Shown: positions 19,286 to 29,452 of the stretch, piece by piece
Position numbering within the stretch: the stretch's first letter is position 1
How the letters are laid out: each line of letters starts with the position of its first letter
NCBI GenBank assembly: GCA_043810355.1
Contig: JBDROB010000075.1
Location: 16,565-80,564 of the forward strand
DNA from: Candidatus Woesearchaeota archaeon
GTDB taxonomy: Archaea; Nanobdellota; Nanobdellia; Woesearchaeales; JAGVYU01
Length of the DNA: 64,000 nucleotides
Direction of reading: 5' to 3'
Notes under the pieces: generated by a model
Databases searched by the model: none
What the model saw: the letters and a program-made list of their open reading frames with translations, nothing else
What the model was told of the DNA's origin: nothing
Translations under genes and position numbers: made by a program

Positions 19286-20806
19286 TCAGACTATTTTATA
19301 AATCTTTGTTGCTGTTCTAGTATTCTCATACACTATTTCATACTCTGAACTGATATCTTCAGGAAAATCATTTGCTAATAATGATCTCCCAACAATATTT
19401 TCTTCATCCTGTACCCATATATATCCTTTTCTCTGCTCTACTTTATCTATTGACCAAGTAGAATATCTGTCTAAATTATAAGTCAAGCATTGTCTTTGAA
19501 AAAAGAATATTGAATCTTTTTCAGTGTTCTCTTTTACCCATTGAAAATCATCATCATAATTATTCCATGCTCTAGCTACCATCCCTGCTTTCAAAACCTC
19601 TCCTGAAACAAATCCTATTATTAGCAGCATAAGAATTCCAGTCACAATATATTTGAATTTAATCTTTCTATAGATCCATACTATCCCAATTGCCCACAAT
19701 ATGCCTAATGCTGGAATCATCGGCAGGATATGCCTTGAATCAAACTGTCCTATTCTCAATACATAAGCTGCTCCAAGAACAGCGAATGATATTATCCATG
19801 CACCGATTATCTGCCATCTTTTATCTTTCAGCTTAGATTGCAACAATCCAATAATGATTGGTAAAAAGAAAATTATTGTTCCAATCACCCAGATACCAAT
19901 CAACACCTTAATATAAGGTATATCAAAGAAAAAGAATGAATTGATATCTCCTAATGGAACTCCAAAAAGTGAAAAATACATTTTCATATAAGGATCTACA
20001 CTTAGAAAATTTGTCACATCTGCTGTATATCCCATTGCAGGTGCAGTTCCTCTTAAAACACTTTCAAGAAAAGGAAATACAGGATTTTTGAAAAATATCC
20101 AATTCCTTACAAACCAGATCCCCCCTATCCCAAGAGAGATAATCCCAGAAACAACAGCATTTCTCACAAAAACAATCTTATCTTTGTTATTAATACATAG
20201 TATTGCTAAAAGAACTGGCACTACAAAAAGCCCATTATATTTAGTTAAAATTGCTATTCCTGCAAAAATGCTTGATGCAACTACTTTATTCTTCAGCATC
20301 AAATAAATGCTTAATAATACAAAAAATGTCAGTGTAGCTTCTGTATGTGCCAAAGCGCTGTAATACATATGGATTGGAATGAATGATAAAAACACTAAGG
20401 AAAAGAATGCAATTTTCTCATCAAACAGTCTCTTAGCAATCAAATAGATAAGTATCAAGGAAAGAGAGCCAAATAATGCTGAAACAAGATTCATCCCCAA
20501 TTCCCCAGCATTAAAGACATCAAACACTTTGTAGAATCCTGCTGCAGTGATATGGAATACTGGAGGTGCCCAGAATGGCTGCTTCAGATGTTCTGGATAA
20601 TAATCCCTTCCAATCTCTTCATTTAATGGAAATTCATTTTCTAATGCAATAAACCTAGCTGCACTCAGATGCCAGCATCCATCTCCTGCATTATGAGTCA
20701 TTAAAGCTAAGCCTACTCTTAGAATAATAGTTATAATCAGTATAATCTTCGCATAATTCCAATATTTTCCCTTATCCATTTTATCCCCTTTATCCAACTT
20801 ATCCAT
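19286..20806 (-). CDS. GT-C (ArnT/PMT_2-like) membrane glycosyltransferase
   Basis: GDGCWH...APPVFH, AILTKYNG, WFVRNW..F.NP.FP; multi-TM. Confidence 0.8.
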   Translation of the reverse strand: MDKLDKGDKMDKGKYWNYAKIILIITIILRVGLALMTHNAGDGCWHLSAARFIALENEFPLNEEIGRDYYPEHLKQPFWAPPVFHITAAGFYKVFDVFNAGELGMNLVSALFGSLSLILIYLIAKRLFDEKIAFFSLVFLSFIPIHMYYSALAHTEATLTFFVLLSIYLMLKNKVVASSIFAGIAILTKYNGLFVVPVLLAILCINNKDKIVFVRNAVVSGIISLGIGGIWFVRNWIFFKNPVFPFLESVLRGTAPAMGYTADVTNFLSVDPYMKMYFSLFGVPLGDINSFFFFDIPYIKVLIGIWVIGTIIFFLPIIIGLLQSKLKDKRWQIIGAWIISFAVLGAAYVLRIGQFDSRHILPMIPALGILWAIGIVWIYRKIKFKYIVTGILMLLIIGFVSGEVLKAGMVARAWNNYDDDFQWVKENTEKDSIFFFQRQCLTYNLDRYSTWSIDKVEQRKGYIWVQDEENIVGRSLLANDFPEDISSEYEIVYENTRTATKIYKIV

Positions 20807-20931
20807 ATCATTTGGAAATATTTACCTATTTAAAAAAGCTTTGAGTATTCACTCTCTTGTTTTTCCATTTAAAATCCTTTTTTACATACCAAAAGAATAT
20901 ATTTATAAAAAAATCTCTTTTGTTTCTTTTT

Positions 20932-22269
20932 ATGAAAAAGAATCGTGTAGATGAGTTCATAACAAATCCTAAAAAGGCCTTGCTAATCTTAGCTACACCT
21001 ATTCTGATAGGCATGCTTGTTCAGACTCTTTATAATGTTGTTGACACTGCTTTTGTAGGAAGATTAGGTGCAGAATCAATTGCTGCTTTGACCTTTTCTT
21101 TCCCATTATTTTTCATATTGATATCATTGACAGTTGGTGTTGGAGCTGGTATCAACTCTTTGATTGCAAGAAAGCTTGGTGAAAAGAACAAGATTGATGC
21201 TGAAAATGCTGCTATGCATGGTTTATTGATCTCAATATTATTATCATTAATAGTGTTCTTATTGGGTTATTTCGCCCTTAACCCTATTTTCAGGCTCTTC
21301 GGAGCAGAGGAAAATGTGATAGGATTGGCAGTATCATACATGTCAATCATTTTATTTGGTTTTTTCTTTATGTTCCCTGCTTTTACTTTGAATGGCATAT
21401 TTGTTGCCCAAGGAAATTCAAAGACAGCTATGCAGGTTCAGATATCTGGTTTGATCCTTAACATTATTCTTGATCCTATCTTTATTTACACATTTAAACT
21501 TGGTGTTAGGGGGGCTGCATTTGCAACCATTATCTCATTTTTCTTTTCCTTGATCCTTTATTTGTATTTGTTGTCTAGCAGGTCATATCTGAAGATCCAT
21601 CCTTCTTCTTTCAGATTTTCATCAGATATCATCATCCAGATTTTGAAGGTTGGGGCTCCTTCAACTATTATGATGTTATTAATGTCTGTATATTCAATTT
21701 TTATTAACAGATTTATGGCTCATTTTGGCACTGATTATGTTGCTGCTTTAGGTATCTCTTCAAGGCTGGAGTCAGTTGTTGTTATGCCTTTTGTTGCATT
21801 CTCTTTGGCATTGTTGACTATTGTTGGCATGTTTTATGGTGCAAAAAGGCTTGATCTTGTAAAAGTTGTTCTGTATTATAGTTTAAAGATAGGCATTATC
21901 TGGACATTGGTATCAGGTGCAATAATTTTTTCTTTTCCAAAATTATTCCTGTTGATTTTCACAAATGATCAATTTTTGATAAATATAGGATCTGCTTACC
22001 TAAGGATTAATGTTTTCTTGTTTCCTTTCCTTGTTTTCTCTTTGATGATAAGCAGGGCATTGCAGGGGATGGGTTATGGTCTGCCTGGTTTGCTGATCAA
22101 TCTTGTCAGGGTAGTCTTCATATCAATCCCAGCAGGTTTTATCTTTGTCTTTATATTGGATTATAGTTATCTGTCTATTGCTTTGGCTACTGTTTTAGGA
22201 GCAATTATATCAGCAATATTTGCATTGATTATGCTAAATATTGAGTTGAGAAAGAGCACTGCCAGATAA
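20932..22269 (+). CDS. MATE family efflux transporter
   Basis: QTLYNVVDTAFVGRLG..AA, NIILDPIFI...LGVRGAAFAT; 12 TM. Confidence 0.92.
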   Translation: MKKNRVDEFITNPKKALLILATPILIGMLVQTLYNVVDTAFVGRLGAESIAALTFSFPLFFILISLTVGVGAGINSLIARKLGEKNKIDAENAAMHGLLISILLSLIVFLLGYFALNPIFRLFGAEENVIGLAVSYMSIILFGFFFMFPAFTLNGIFVAQGNSKTAMQVQISGLILNIILDPIFIYTFKLGVRGAAFATIISFFFSLILYLYLLSSRSYLKIHPSSFRFSSDIIIQILKVGAPSTIMMLLMSVYSIFINRFMAHFGTDYVAALGISSRLESVVVMPFVAFSLALLTIVGMFYGAKRLDLVKVVLYYSLKIGIIWTLVSGAIIFSFPKLFLLIFTNDQFLINIGSAYLRINVFLFPFLVFSLMISRALQGMGYGLPGLLINLVRVVFISIPAGFIFVFILDYSYLSIALATVLGAIISAIFALIMLNIELRKSTAR

Positions 22270-22346
22270 TATTGAATAATGGGTTAAATTTAAATACTAA
22301 CTTTTATTCCTAGACTCTATACAGCTTTATAAAGGGGTTTTTTAAA

Positions 22347-22940
22347 ATGATTCATGAATCAGCAGATGTATCTACAGATGCAAAGATTGGGAATAATACA
22401 AAAGTCTGGCACAATGCTCAGATTAGGGAGAATGTTGTTATTGGTGACAATTGTATTGTTGGTAAAGGGTCTTATGTTGATTTAGATGTCAAGATAGGTT
22501 CAAATGTCAAGATCCAGAATTATGCATCTGTTTTCCATGGTTCTGTAATAGAAGATGGTGTCTTTATAGGCCCTTATGTTTGCATCACAAATGATAAGAA
22601 TCCAAGAGCCATAAATAAGGATGGTTCTTTGAAGACAGCTTGTGACTGGAATGTCAAAGGTGTTTTAGTCAAAAAAGGCGCTTCATTAGGGGCTTGCTCA
22701 GTTATTTTGCCAGGTATCACAATTGGTGAATTTGTTATGGTTGGTGCTGGCTCTGTTGTCACAAGGGATGTTCCTGATTTTGCTCTGGTTGTAGGAAATC
22801 CTGCAAGGATTATTGGTTTTGTTTGCATGTCTGGTCATAAGGTAAAATTTGATTCAAAAAATAATGACAAAGTGAATATGAAATGCCCTGTCTGTCAGGA
22901 AACAGTTCAAATAGAAAGAAAGTATTTCATAGAGGAATAG
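22347..22940 (+). CDS. wbpD: UDP-3-amino-sugar N-acetyltransferase (WbpD-like, hexapeptide repeat, C-terminal Zn ribbon)
   Basis: [14 protein letters not shown]...NVKIQN...[17 protein letters not shown]...CPVC. Confidence 0.85.
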   Translation: MIHESADVSTDAKIGNNTKVWHNAQIRENVVIGDNCIVGKGSYVDLDVKIGSNVKIQNYASVFHGSVIEDGVFIGPYVCITNDKNPRAINKDGSLKTACDWNVKGVLVKKGASLGACSVILPGITIGEFVMVGAGSVVTRDVPDFALVVGNPARIIGFVCMSGHKVKFDSKNNDKVNMKCPVCQETVQIERKYFIEE

Positions 22941-22941
22941 G

Positions 22942-24027
22942 ATGTTATACACAGCAAAGCCAATTATTGAGGATGAGGAAAAGGATGCAGTGCTTGAAGT
23001 GCTTGACTCAGGCATGATTGCCCAGGGAAAAAAAGTGGAATTATTAGAGAATCAGTTTTCTAATTTTATAGGGACTAATTTCACTGTTGCAACTTCAAAT
23101 GGTACTACTGCTCTCCATTTAGCATTATTAGCTTCAGGAATAGGTGAAGGAGATGAAGTGATCACAACCCCATTCTCATTTATTTCAACAGTATCTTCAA
23201 TAATTCATGCAGGTGCCACCCCTGTTTTGGTTGATATTGATGAGAATTCTTTCAATATTGATCCTGACCTCATTGAATCTGCTATCACAGAAAAGACTAA
23301 GGCAATTCTTGCAGTCCATTTGTATGGTAATCCATGCAATATGGATAGGATCACTGAGATAGCAAAGCTGCATAATCTAATAATAATTGAAGATGCTTGC
23401 CAGGCTCATGGTGCAATGTATAAAAATAGGAAGATTGGAAGTTTTGGCACTGCCTGTTTCTCTTTATATGCAACTAAAAACATGACCTCAGGCGAAGGAG
23501 GTCTTATAACAACCAAAGACTCTCTTATTAATTATTCATTAAGACTCCTGAGAAATCATGGCCAGGAAGAGCGTTATAAGCATAAGATTATTGGATTTAA
23601 TTATAGAATGACTGATTTACAGGCAGCTATTGCAATAGCACAATTAAATAAAATAGAGGATTTTAATGAATCTAGGATTGAAAATGCAAAGTTTCTCAGT
23701 GATAACATATCACACAAAGGAATAGTCACTCCAAAGGTTGAGCCTAATATCAAGCATGTTTTCCATCAGTACACAATCAGGGTTACTGATGAGTATCCCT
23801 TATCAAGGGCTGATCTAATAAAATTGTTTGAAAAAAATGGGATTCAGACATCAATATTTTATCCGATTCCTTTATATGAGCAGGATGCTTTAAAAGAGAT
23901 ATTTGGCAATATGTCCCTTCCAGTTGTTGAAAAAGTATGTCAAGAAGTGTTGTCATTGCCAATTCATCCTTCTGTTTCAGAAAATGATCTTAAAAATATG
24001 GTTAATATCTTGAATAATCCAGAGTAA
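22942..24027 (+). CDS. wbpE: DegT/DnrJ/EryC1 PLP aminotransferase (WbpE-like)
   Basis: NGTTALH, VHLYG, EDACQAHG, SLYATKNMTSGEGG, GFNYRM. Confidence 0.88.
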   Translation: MLYTAKPIIEDEEKDAVLEVLDSGMIAQGKKVELLENQFSNFIGTNFTVATSNGTTALHLALLASGIGEGDEVITTPFSFISTVSSIIHAGATPVLVDIDENSFNIDPDLIESAITEKTKAILAVHLYGNPCNMDRITEIAKLHNLIIIEDACQAHGAMYKNRKIGSFGTACFSLYATKNMTSGEGGLITTKDSLINYSLRLLRNHGQEERYKHKIIGFNYRMTDLQAAIAIAQLNKIEDFNESRIENAKFLSDNISHKGIVTPKVEPNIKHVFHQYTIRVTDEYPLSRADLIKLFEKNGIQTSIFYPIPLYEQDALKEIFGNMSLPVVEKVCQEVLSLPIHPSVSENDLKNMVNILNNPE

Positions 24028-24029
24028 AG

Positions 24030-25025
24030 ATGGAAAAACTAAATTTTGCTGTGATAGGAACTGGTAACATGGGAAAAAACCATGTAAGATTATTGAATGA
24101 GATTGATAATGTTAATCTTGTTGCAATCTCAGATGCTAACTCAGAGCAATTGAATAAGATCTCTTCTATTTACAAGGTCAAGCAATATATTGATTATAAA
24201 AATATGTTGGATTCAGAAAAATTAGATGCTGTAATCATTGCTGTTCCTACTTCAATGCATAAAAAGGTAGCTTTTGATGTGATTGAAAAAGGCATAAATA
24301 TCCTTATTGAAAAGCCAATTGCTTCAACTGTTGAAGATGCTCAGGATATTATCAGCAAGGCTAGGGAGAAGAATGTAAAATTGATGGTTGGTCATGTTGA
24401 GAGGTTTAATCCAGCTGTCACAGAGCTGAAAAAGAGGATTGATAATAAGGAGCTTGGTAAGATTTATAAATTTTCTGTTGCAAGGTCATCACCTTTTCCT
24501 GCGAGAATATTGGATGTTGGTGTTGTTATAGACTTGGCAGTGCACGATCTTGACATTATTTCCAATATTAACAATTCTAGAATCACTCATATTTATGCGC
24601 AGACTGAAAAAAGGATTCATTCTTCAAATGAGGATATGCTTTGCTCACAGCTTTCTTTTGAGAATGGTGTCATAGGCTTGTTAAATATTGATTGGCTCAC
24701 TCCTGTTGTCATAAGGGAATTGTCAATTACAGGTGAAAAAGGAATGTTCAAGCTCAATTATCTTACTCAAGAGCTTTATTTTTATAAGAATAGTGCCAGT
24801 GAAGATTATGATTATTCCAGTTCAATTTTGTCAGTCACAGCAGGAGATATGATGAAGCTCAACATCCAGAAGCAAGAGCCTTTGAGACTTGAGCTTGAGT
24901 CTTTTATTGATTGTATTAAGGAAAATAAGGATCCAAAAGTGACTGGTGACCAGGGTTTATTAGCCCTTGAACTTGCCCTAAAGATATTGGAATCATCAAG
25001 GACAAAAAGTGTTATCAAATTATAA
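24030..25025 (+). CDS. wbpB: Gfo/Idh/MocA oxidoreductase (WbpB-like UDP-GlcNAcA 3-dehydrogenase)
   Basis: VIGTGNMGKNH, IEKPIA, GHVERFNPA, DLAVHDLD. Confidence 0.85.
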   Translation: MEKLNFAVIGTGNMGKNHVRLLNEIDNVNLVAISDANSEQLNKISSIYKVKQYIDYKNMLDSEKLDAVIIAVPTSMHKKVAFDVIEKGINILIEKPIASTVEDAQDIISKAREKNVKLMVGHVERFNPAVTELKKRIDNKELGKIYKFSVARSSPFPARILDVGVVIDLAVHDLDIISNINNSRITHIYAQTEKRIHSSNEDMLCSQLSFENGVIGLLNIDWLTPVVIRELSITGEKGMFKLNYLTQELYFYKNSASEDYDYSSSILSVTAGDMMKLNIQKQEPLRLELESFIDCIKENKDPKVTGDQGLLALELALKILESSRTKSVIKL

Positions 25026-25071
25026 ATAAGAAAAAATAAAAATAAAAATAAAAAAATAAAAAAATAAAAAA
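25026..25071 (+). repeat. Low-complexity (A5-6 T)n microsatellite between wbpB and the dehydrogenase
   Basis: aaaaaataaaaataaaaataaaaaaataaaaaaataaaaaa. Confidence 0.75.
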
Positions 25072-25848
25072 ATGAAAAATGTGATTATTATCGGAACAGG
25101 GGAGATTGGATCTGCTCTGATTGAACTTTTGGATGAATCAGGTAAATACAAGGTTTTTAAGAAAGATATTGAACCAGTACACATAGATGAGCCAATTGAT
25201 ATAATGCATATTTGTATTCCTTTTTTTGATAATTTCAATGATATTGTGATAAATTATATCAATGAATATAAGCCAAAGCTTGTAATAATTAACTCAACTG
25301 TCAGGCCTGGCACTACAAGATCAATTTTTAAAAAGACTAATATTCATCTGGTCCACAGTCCAGTAAGGGGAAGGCATCCAAAACTTCTTGAAGGATTGAA
25401 GAAATTTGTTAAATTCATAGGTCCTGTGACTCCTGAGGCAGGAGAGATGGCTAAAGAGCATTTTGAGTCACTTGGCCTTAAGACTGAGGTTTTTGGCTCA
25501 TCTGTTGACTCTGAGCTTGGAAAATTGTTTGAGACAACCTATTATGCGATTAACATTGCATTCCATCAGGAGATGGATAGGATTTGCCAGGAATTTGGTG
25601 CTGATTTCAAGTATGCTGTTACTAGATTTTCTGCTACACAGACAATGGACATTGAGCATAAGGTGCCTAGGCCATTGATGTTCCCTGGGATAATTGGAGG
25701 CCATTGCCTCTTGCCAAATATTGAGATCCTGAAAAAGGACATCAGCTCAGATTTTCTAAATGCAATAATTAGTTCAAATGAGTTGACTAAAAAAAGGGTT
25801 GAGCAAGGCAAGGTTAAATATAAGGATATTAAGGATTTGATTGGATAA
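25072..25848 (+). CDS. Short UDP-glucose/GDP-mannose dehydrogenase family protein (WbpA-like, lacks the C-terminal domain)
   Basis: IIGTGEIG, NSTVRPGTT, ELGKLFETTY.AINIAF..E, PGIIGGHCL catalytic motif; only 258 aa. Confidence 0.78.
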   Translation: MKNVIIIGTGEIGSALIELLDESGKYKVFKKDIEPVHIDEPIDIMHICIPFFDNFNDIVINYINEYKPKLVIINSTVRPGTTRSIFKKTNIHLVHSPVRGRHPKLLEGLKKFVKFIGPVTPEAGEMAKEHFESLGLKTEVFGSSVDSELGKLFETTYYAINIAFHQEMDRICQEFGADFKYAVTRFSATQTMDIEHKVPRPLMFPGIIGGHCLLPNIEILKKDISSDFLNAIISSNELTKKRVEQGKVKYKDIKDLIG

Positions 25849-25930
25849 TATTGAATACTCAGCCAATAAATTTTATAAGGGTAATATTTGGATAATTTAC
25901 TGAATAATATCTGGATAATCAGGATATAAA

Positions 25931-26899
25931 ATGATAGAAAACAAGAATATTTTCATTACAGGTGGGGCAGGATTCATAGCTTCCCATATTATTGAGAAAC
26001 TAATAGATAATAATAAGATTACAATCTTTGATAATTGTGAAAGAAATGCATTAAAACTTTGTTCTTTCAAAGATCATGAAAACCTTAATTTTATCATGGG
26101 TAATGTCCTAAACACAAAGGAATTAAAAGATGCAGTTGACAGTTCTTCTGCAACAGTCTTCTTGCATATGGCAGCTATTGCAGGTGTCAAGAATGTTGTT
26201 GACCACCCTGCTAAGACATTTTCTGTAAATTTGTTCGGAACATACAATCTTCTTGAAGCTGTCAAAGATAAGGATATTGATATCCTAATAGATTTCTCTA
26301 CAAGTGAAGTTTATGGTCCTGATGCAGAGAATGTTGATGAAAATTCTAATACAGTCCAGGGGCCTATTACAGAGCCTAGGTGGAGTTATGCAATCTCAAA
26401 GCTTTCATCTGAGCTTTTAAGTTTTTCATACCATAAGGAATTCAACATTCCAGTCTGTTCAGTTAGACCTTTCAATGTTTATGGCCCCAGGCAGGTTGGT
26501 GGAGGAGCTATCAGAAATTTCTTAATAAATTCTGTTAAAGGAGATGACTTAACTATCCATGGTGATGGCTCTGCAATTAGAGCTTGGTGTTATGTATCAG
26601 ATTTTATTGAAGGGATTTTTGCCATGATTGAAAGAAAAGAGGCTATTGGCCATATTTTTAATATTGGAAATCCATCTGCTTCAGTTTCAACAAAAGAGCT
26701 TGCAGAAAAGATTATTAATCATTCAAATTCAAGTTCAAAAATTGTATTTAAAGAGATTGATTATCCTGATGTAAAAAATAGGATTCCTGTTGTTGATAAA
26801 GCAAATAAAATTCTGGGTTATACTCCAAAAATTGATATTGATGAGGGTATAAAACTCTCGCTTGAATGGTTTAAGGAGAATGCTGATAAATTAGATTGA
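25931..26899 (+). CDS. NAD-dependent epimerase/dehydratase (extended SDR)
   Basis: TGGAGFIASH, STSEVYG, YAISK, RPFNVYGP. Confidence 0.92.
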   Translation: MIENKNIFITGGAGFIASHIIEKLIDNNKITIFDNCERNALKLCSFKDHENLNFIMGNVLNTKELKDAVDSSSATVFLHMAAIAGVKNVVDHPAKTFSVNLFGTYNLLEAVKDKDIDILIDFSTSEVYGPDAENVDENSNTVQGPITEPRWSYAISKLSSELLSFSYHKEFNIPVCSVRPFNVYGPRQVGGGAIRNFLINSVKGDDLTIHGDGSAIRAWCYVSDFIEGIFAMIERKEAIGHIFNIGNPSASVSTKELAEKIINHSNSSSKIVFKEIDYPDVKNRIPVVDKANKILGYTPKIDIDEGIKLSLEWFKENADKLD

Positions 26900-26906
26900 T
26901 TATTAG

Positions 26907-27122
26907 GTGAATGAGATGAAAGTTATAAAAATCAAGATTTTTAAATGTCAGAATTCCACTATTTTCAAAAAAGGTGGTTTACTACATAAACCACAAATTA
27001 ATAAGTGGAATTCTGATCATGCTCAAAAACCAATTAATAATAATGTGGCATGTGAAACATGCCATTATGATTTAGCATGGTGGTTTTTGACACCTCCATT
27101 TTTTCCTAGGAGGAAAAAATGA
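26907..27122 (+). CDS. Small Cys-containing hypothetical protein
   Basis: Fills the gap between two SDR genes, has an AGGTGA SD-like element and a stop overlapping the next start; no family recognised. Confidence 0.4.
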   Translation: MNEMKVIKIKIFKCQNSTIFKKGGLLHKPQINKWNSDHAQKPINNNVACETCHYDLAWWFLTPPFFPRRKK

Positions 27123-28045
27123 AAGTTTTAATTACAGGCGCCTCCGGTTTTATTGGAAAAAACTTCCTACTTAAGGCTCCAAAAGATTGGAAAATATTTG
27201 CATTTTACAATTCTTCTTCAGATTTTCCTGATTTCATCAAAGAAAATTCTCTGAGCAACACAACTCCGGTAAAGTGTGACCTTTTAGAAAAAGAACAGAT
27301 CAAGACATTCTTCTCTTCAAACAATGATTTTGATGTCTGCTTGTATCTGGCTGCAAATGCTAATCCAACAATCTCTGTGCAGGATCCAAAACTTGATTTT
27401 GACCTTAATGTCACAGCTTTAATTAACTTCCTCACTTATTTCAAAGGGAAAAAACTCATATTCTTCTCATCTGGAGCAGTTTATGATGGCATCAAGGGTC
27501 CTGCAAAAGGAAAACCTTTGGATCCGAAACTGCCTTATGCAATCTCAAAACTGGCAGCTGAACAATATATTAATTTTTTTCATAAAGAGAGGCATGATTT
27601 CTCAAATTATGTGATTTTAAGGTTTTTCGGAGCTTATGGCCCTCATGAGCCTGAGAGAAAGATATATTCTCAATTGGTAAGATCATTTGGAATTGAAAAA
27701 AATCATGAATTCACTATAAGGGGGGATGGCACTAACCTTATTGATGCAATGTTTATTGATGATGCTATTGAAGGCATATTGAAAATAATTGAAAGTGAAA
27801 GAACCAGTAACAAAGTGATTGATTTTTGCATTGGAAATCCTTTGACAATAAAAGAACTCATTCTTGAGGCAGCAAAAACTTTTGGAATAAATAATCCAGA
27901 TATAATCACTCAAGGAACAACAGCTGAGCCAATCTCATTCATTGGCTCTTCAAAAGAGATGAAAGAGATCTGCAATTTCACTCCAAAAACTTCTTTGAGT
28001 GATGGATTAAAAATCCTTAAGGACTTTTGTGAAAAAACTGCTTAA
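27119..28045 (+). CDS. NAD-dependent epimerase/dehydratase (extended SDR)
   Basis: TGASGFIG, SSGAVY, YAISK, RFFGAYGP. Confidence 0.9.
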   Translation: MKVLITGASGFIGKNFLLKAPKDWKIFAFYNSSSDFPDFIKENSLSNTTPVKCDLLEKEQIKTFFSSNNDFDVCLYLAANANPTISVQDPKLDFDLNVTALINFLTYFKGKKLIFFSSGAVYDGIKGPAKGKPLDPKLPYAISKLAAEQYINFFHKERHDFSNYVILRFFGAYGPHEPERKIYSQLVRSFGIEKNHEFTIRGDGTNLIDAMFIDDAIEGILKIIESERTSNKVIDFCIGNPLTIKELILEAAKTFGINNPDIITQGTTAEPISFIGSSKEMKEICNFTPKTSLSDGLKILKDFCEKTA

Positions 28046-29447
28046 CAACATCAAATTCTTCTTTCCCAATTGATTTTGTTATTAACAAAATAATGAAATA
28101 TACTGCTCCAGCAATAGGTATAATAATCAGTATGTGTAAATTGATTATATAATAAATCAATACTGCCATTATTATTCCTGCAATTATCATCTTATAGCTC
28201 ATTTTAAACAAATTTAGTTTAAATCCATGTTTTGATGCAAAATAATAGAGCATGAAGAAATTGATCAATTGGGTTATCACTGTTGCTATTGCTGCCCCAT
28301 ATAGACTGAGTGTAGGAATAAGCAAGAAATTAAGCATTATATTTATTACTACAGCTATTCCTGAAACAATTGCAAATAATTTTTGTTTATTGATGGAATT
28401 CAACAGGTATCCTATTACATAATTTAAGAATACAAATAATTCTGCCCAGATCAATATCTGCAATGCAAGGCTTGATTGTGCAAACTCAATTTTATACACG
28501 AATTCAATAAGCCTTGCTGCCAAGAATGTTGTTCCAATAGATATTGGTATTGCTAGCATCATCATATACTTGAATGTCCTTTCAAAAGTGATTTTCAGGT
28601 ATTCCTTGTTTTCCTTGAAGAATTTTGACATTGCTGGATATACTGCCAATAATCCGACTATTGGTATAAATGAAAGCCCATCAATAAGTTTGTATGCTGC
28701 ATTATACCAGCCTACAACTGCATAATCTGTGATAAATCCAAGCATTACAGTGTCTATTCTGAAATAGATGACTAGAAATATGTTTGTTGCAAGAAATGGA
28801 AAAGATTTCTTTAGCAGATATATCCAGAATTCCTTTTCATATTGGAATTTGATCAGTCCAAGCTTGATTGATGTGATAATAAATGAAAAAATTACTGAGA
28901 TAAAACTTCCTGCCATTATTCCAAAAAACAGACCTAAGATTCCATAACCACTAAACAATACCCATATCACAATTAAGAATACTGCTATCCTTTCAACTAA
29001 TTTAAACAATGCATCAAATGCAGTCTTTTGAAGAGAAATAAAAGCAACACAAAACACATACAATATCTGTATCAGGAATAAGGAAATACTTCCTAAAAAA
29101 ATCAGGAAGACCATTTGGTTTGAAAGATTTGACAGCTTTGCTATGATTGTAGCAGCTAGTACAACAATAACTCCTGCAAAAAGTCTTATTGTTAAGATAT
29201 TGTTTGTATATTTTCTTACTTTGCTTTCATCCCTTGCAACCTCTCTTATCATGAATGTCTCTAAGCCAAGGTCAATGAAAACTATAAACAGGCTTACAAA
29301 GGCAAAAGCAAAGCTGTATTGGCCTAAACCTTCATCCCCAAGATACCTGGCAATCAATACAACAAGAACAAATGATAATATATGCCTCATTATGTTTGAT
29401 GTGAACAATATCACTGCATTTCCAGCAATCCTTTTTGAATGTGACAT
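28017..29447 (-). CDS. Wzx/MOP-family oligosaccharide flippase
   Basis: IARYLG..GLGQYSFA, RIDTVML, VGWYNAAYKL, NFLLIP.....GAAIAT; 14 TM. Confidence 0.92.
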   Translation of the reverse strand: MSHSKRIAGNAVILFTSNIMRHILSFVLVVLIARYLGDEGLGQYSFAFAFVSLFIVFIDLGLETFMIREVARDESKVRKYTNNILTIRLFAGVIVVLAATIIAKLSNLSNQMVFLIFLGSISLFLIQILYVFCVAFISLQKTAFDALFKLVERIAVFLIVIWVLFSGYGILGLFFGIMAGSFISVIFSFIITSIKLGLIKFQYEKEFWIYLLKKSFPFLATNIFLVIYFRIDTVMLGFITDYAVVGWYNAAYKLIDGLSFIPIVGLLAVYPAMSKFFKENKEYLKITFERTFKYMMMLAIPISIGTTFLAARLIEFVYKIEFAQSSLALQILIWAELFVFLNYVIGYLLNSINKQKLFAIVSGIAVVINIMLNFLLIPTLSLYGAAIATVITQLINFFMLYYFASKHGFKLNLFKMSYKMIIAGIIMAVLIYYIINLHILIIIPIAGAVYFIILLITKSIGKEEFDVVKQFFHKSP

Positions 29448-29452
29448 TTTAA

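Noticed and set aside
20766..20806. Short repeats giving MDKLDKGDKMDKGK, and similar duplications at 33890-33930 and 50800-50820
   Set aside because: Small slippage duplications at gene ends, with no evidence of function.
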